Shown piece by piece: positions 35,773 through 37,406 of a stretch of 37,406 nt of DNA. Source of the stretch: Mycobacterium sp. (GTDB lineage Bacteria > Actinomycetota > Actinomycetes > Mycobacteriales > Mycobacteriaceae); assembly GCA_035634855.1 (NCBI GenBank), contig DASQCE010000066.1:1-37406 (forward strand), written 5' to 3'. The notes under the pieces are model-generated. The model was not told the origin of the DNA, searched no databases, and saw only the letters and a list, made by a program, of their open reading frames with translations. Both the position numbers and the translations under genes were made by a program. The stretch's first letter is position 1. The number at the start of each line of letters is the position of its first letter.

Positions 35773-36843
35773 GTGGATTTCCGCATCGACCCTGAGCAAC
35801 GCGCGAGGTTCAAACGCTGTCGCAGGCAATGGGATTTCGCCTCGCCTCACCGACGCGGGCTCGAACCCGCAGACAACACCGGGCCTGCCCTGCCCGCCGC
35901 GCTCAAGGATGCACTGGCGGTTTATTACTACCCCGGCACCTGGGATTGGCAGCACAACGTGAAACAGTCACTGGTGCAGAAGGCGGTAGAGCGGTCGCTG
36001 ACTGACGCAGGCGCAGGCGATCTCGTCGAGACAGCCGCGGCGCTGCTGGACTGCTACGACGCGTGGGCGAGCACCATCGACGACTTCGCTCCCGTCAAGA
36101 TCGATCACGATGTGACGGGCATGGTCACTGATCCGGCCGAGCCCGAGCGGGGACTGTTGACGCCCAACGGATCCGGGGTGGTCTACGCGTGCAGGGTGGA
36201 CCTGCTAGCGGTGGACGCCGCCGACGACTACTGGGTCGTGCGCCACCAGATCGTGGACGACTGGCAGGACCCGGACACCTTGGTGCGCGACGAGGAGGCG
36301 ATCGCAGCGTGCTGGGCGTGGGAGCAGGACTACATGGGCATGGAGATCGTCGGCACGATCCACAACGAGGTGCGCATCGACGGGCCGCTCGACCGGCCCG
36401 CACCTGCCACCGTCCGAGTGCACGAACCGGTTGCCCAGCACGAGGGCAGTGGCGGCGGCCGGTCGATTCCGCAGCATCAACGGAAGTCGGCGCGGGCGGC
36501 ACGCGTCGACGCCAGGCACCGGTTCGACCAGCGCATCGCTGGGCCGGTGCGCCGTACCCACATCCGTCGGACCCGCCGCGAGATCGCGGCAGTCGGCGCG
36601 CAACTGGCCGCCGAAGCGCTCGATATGACTCGCGAGCCCGCGATCTATCCGAACCCTGCGGCGCACTGTTCGGTGTGCGAGTTCGCCGCGCCATGCGTGA
36701 CGCTGTTCGAAGGCGCCGACCCGGAACCAATGTTGGCGGCGCACTTCCACCGGCAGCCGGCGCGCGCCCAGCCCAAGCCACGGCTTGGGCAAGCCACCTG
36801 GGGATTCGGCAGGGGCGCCGCCCCGCCGCGATGGAACCAATAG
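35773..36843 (+). CDS. PD-(D/E)XK superfamily Cas4/AddB-like Fe-S protein, probably nuclease-dead
   Basis: FKRCRRQW (Cys16), RVDLL, YWVVRHQ, YPNP..CSVCEFAAPC (Cys299/302/308). Confidence 0.72.
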   Translation: MDFRIDPEQRARFKRCRRQWDFASPHRRGLEPADNTGPALPAALKDALAVYYYPGTWDWQHNVKQSLVQKAVERSLTDAGAGDLVETAAALLDCYDAWASTIDDFAPVKIDHDVTGMVTDPAEPERGLLTPNGSGVVYACRVDLLAVDAADDYWVVRHQIVDDWQDPDTLVRDEEAIAACWAWEQDYMGMEIVGTIHNEVRIDGPLDRPAPATVRVHEPVAQHEGSGGGRSIPQHQRKSARAARVDARHRFDQRIAGPVRRTHIRRTRREIAAVGAQLAAEALDMTREPAIYPNPAAHCSVCEFAAPCVTLFEGADPEPMLAAHFHRQPARAQPKPRLGQATWGFGRGAAPPRWNQ

Positions 36844-36851
36844 TTGTAGGC

Positions 36852-36886
36852 TTGACTTATATAAGTAAAAACTTTTATATTGAAGT
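36852..36886 (+). promoter_or_regulatory. SigA promoter (TTGACT-18-TATATT), leaderless, with overlapping ArsR-type operator
   Basis: AT-rich island; inverted repeat ATATAAGT-AAAA-ACTTTTAT (36859-36878); GTG five nt after -10. Confidence 0.75.
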
Positions 36887-37225
36887 GTGCACGCGTTCGA
36901 CGTCCTGGGGGATCCCGTGCGGCGCCGCATTCTGGAACTGCTAGCCGGCGGCGAGATGTCGGCAGGGGAAATAGGCGCCACGATTCAGGACGAGTTCACG
37001 ATCACTCAGCCAGCGGTGTCTCAGCACCTGAAAGTGCTGCGCGACAACAGTTTTGCGTCGGTACGTCCGGACGGTCAGCGGAGGCTGTACGCGGTGGACG
37101 GTCGAGCATTGCGTGACGTCGACGAGTGGCTTAACACCTTCCGCCGCTTCTGGACACCGCACCTTGACGCGCTGGCGACCGAAATCGCGCGCGGTAAACG
37201 ACAACGGCGAAGGAAGGCAACATGA
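36887..37225 (+). CDS. ArsR/SmtB family transcriptional regulator
   Basis: FDVLGDPVRRRILELL..ITQPAVSQHLKVLR..GQRRLY. Confidence 0.92.
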   Translation: MHAFDVLGDPVRRRILELLAGGEMSAGEIGATIQDEFTITQPAVSQHLKVLRDNSFASVRPDGQRRLYAVDGRALRDVDEWLNTFRRFWTPHLDALATEIARGKRQRRRKAT

Positions 37226-37406
37226 TTGACGTCAACCATCAGATCAATGCCGTGCGGCGCACGGTCGACACCCGGGTGCTGGAGGCGGGGGAGGCGAGGG
37301 TCGTCACCGTCAGTCAGTCGTATCCGACCGACGCCGCCGATCTGTGGGACGCGTGTACCAACATCGAACGCATACCGCGGTGGTTCCTGCCGATTTCCGG
37401 CGATTT
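37222..37406 (+). CDS. SRPBCC/AHSA1 family protein, N-terminal part (runs off the window)
   Basis: ATGA overlap; MIDVNHQINAVRR..VTVSQSYPTDAADLWDACTNIERIPRWFLPISGD; typical ArsR-SRPBCC pair. Confidence 0.85.
   Translation, partial: MIDVNHQINAVRRTVDTRVLEAGEARVVTVSQSYPTDAADLWDACTNIERIPRWFLPISGD

Noticed and set aside
35773-36843. Cas4 as evidence of a CRISPR-Cas locus or prophage
   Set aside because: No array, other cas genes, integrase or phage structural genes in the window
1-37406. tRNA, rRNA, riboswitch or IS element
   Set aside because: None recognisable by eye; Infernal/tRNAscan/ISfinder searches would be needed to exclude small RNAs

Overview
High-GC actinobacterial DNA whose gene content (malQ, pknF, erg3/Rv1814-, Rv1815- and Rv1816-like genes, F420-dependent enzymes) points to a Mycobacterium/Mycolicibacterium chromosome. 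It holds about 35 intact CDS, mostly lipid/redox metabolism, transport and regulation. I found no rRNA, tRNA, CRISPR array, integrase or transposase. Structure not shown by the ORF track: (1) the overlapping 3' ends of a convergent NUDIX/SnoaL gene pair occur three times as direct repeats (~1730-1865, 11671-11779, 13699-13859), bracketing a 9.8-kb fatty-acyl catabolism module and a 1.9-kb FAD-oxidase module, like tandem islands at an att-type site; (2) several unannotated gene remnants (WS/DGAT with internal deletions, a PDR/VanB|SRPBCC deletion scar, a broken P-loop gene, a frameshifted SnoaL gene); (3) a two-gene unit encoding a Cas4/AddB-like protein that keeps all four Fe-S cysteines but has lost the nuclease (D/E)xK and QxxxY motifs; (4) a LysA paralogue with a changed specificity helix; (5) tandem B-lectin-LysM genes; (6) a GlcD-type oxidase with a GlcE-like tail. 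All family assignments come from motif recognition by eye, with no database searches.
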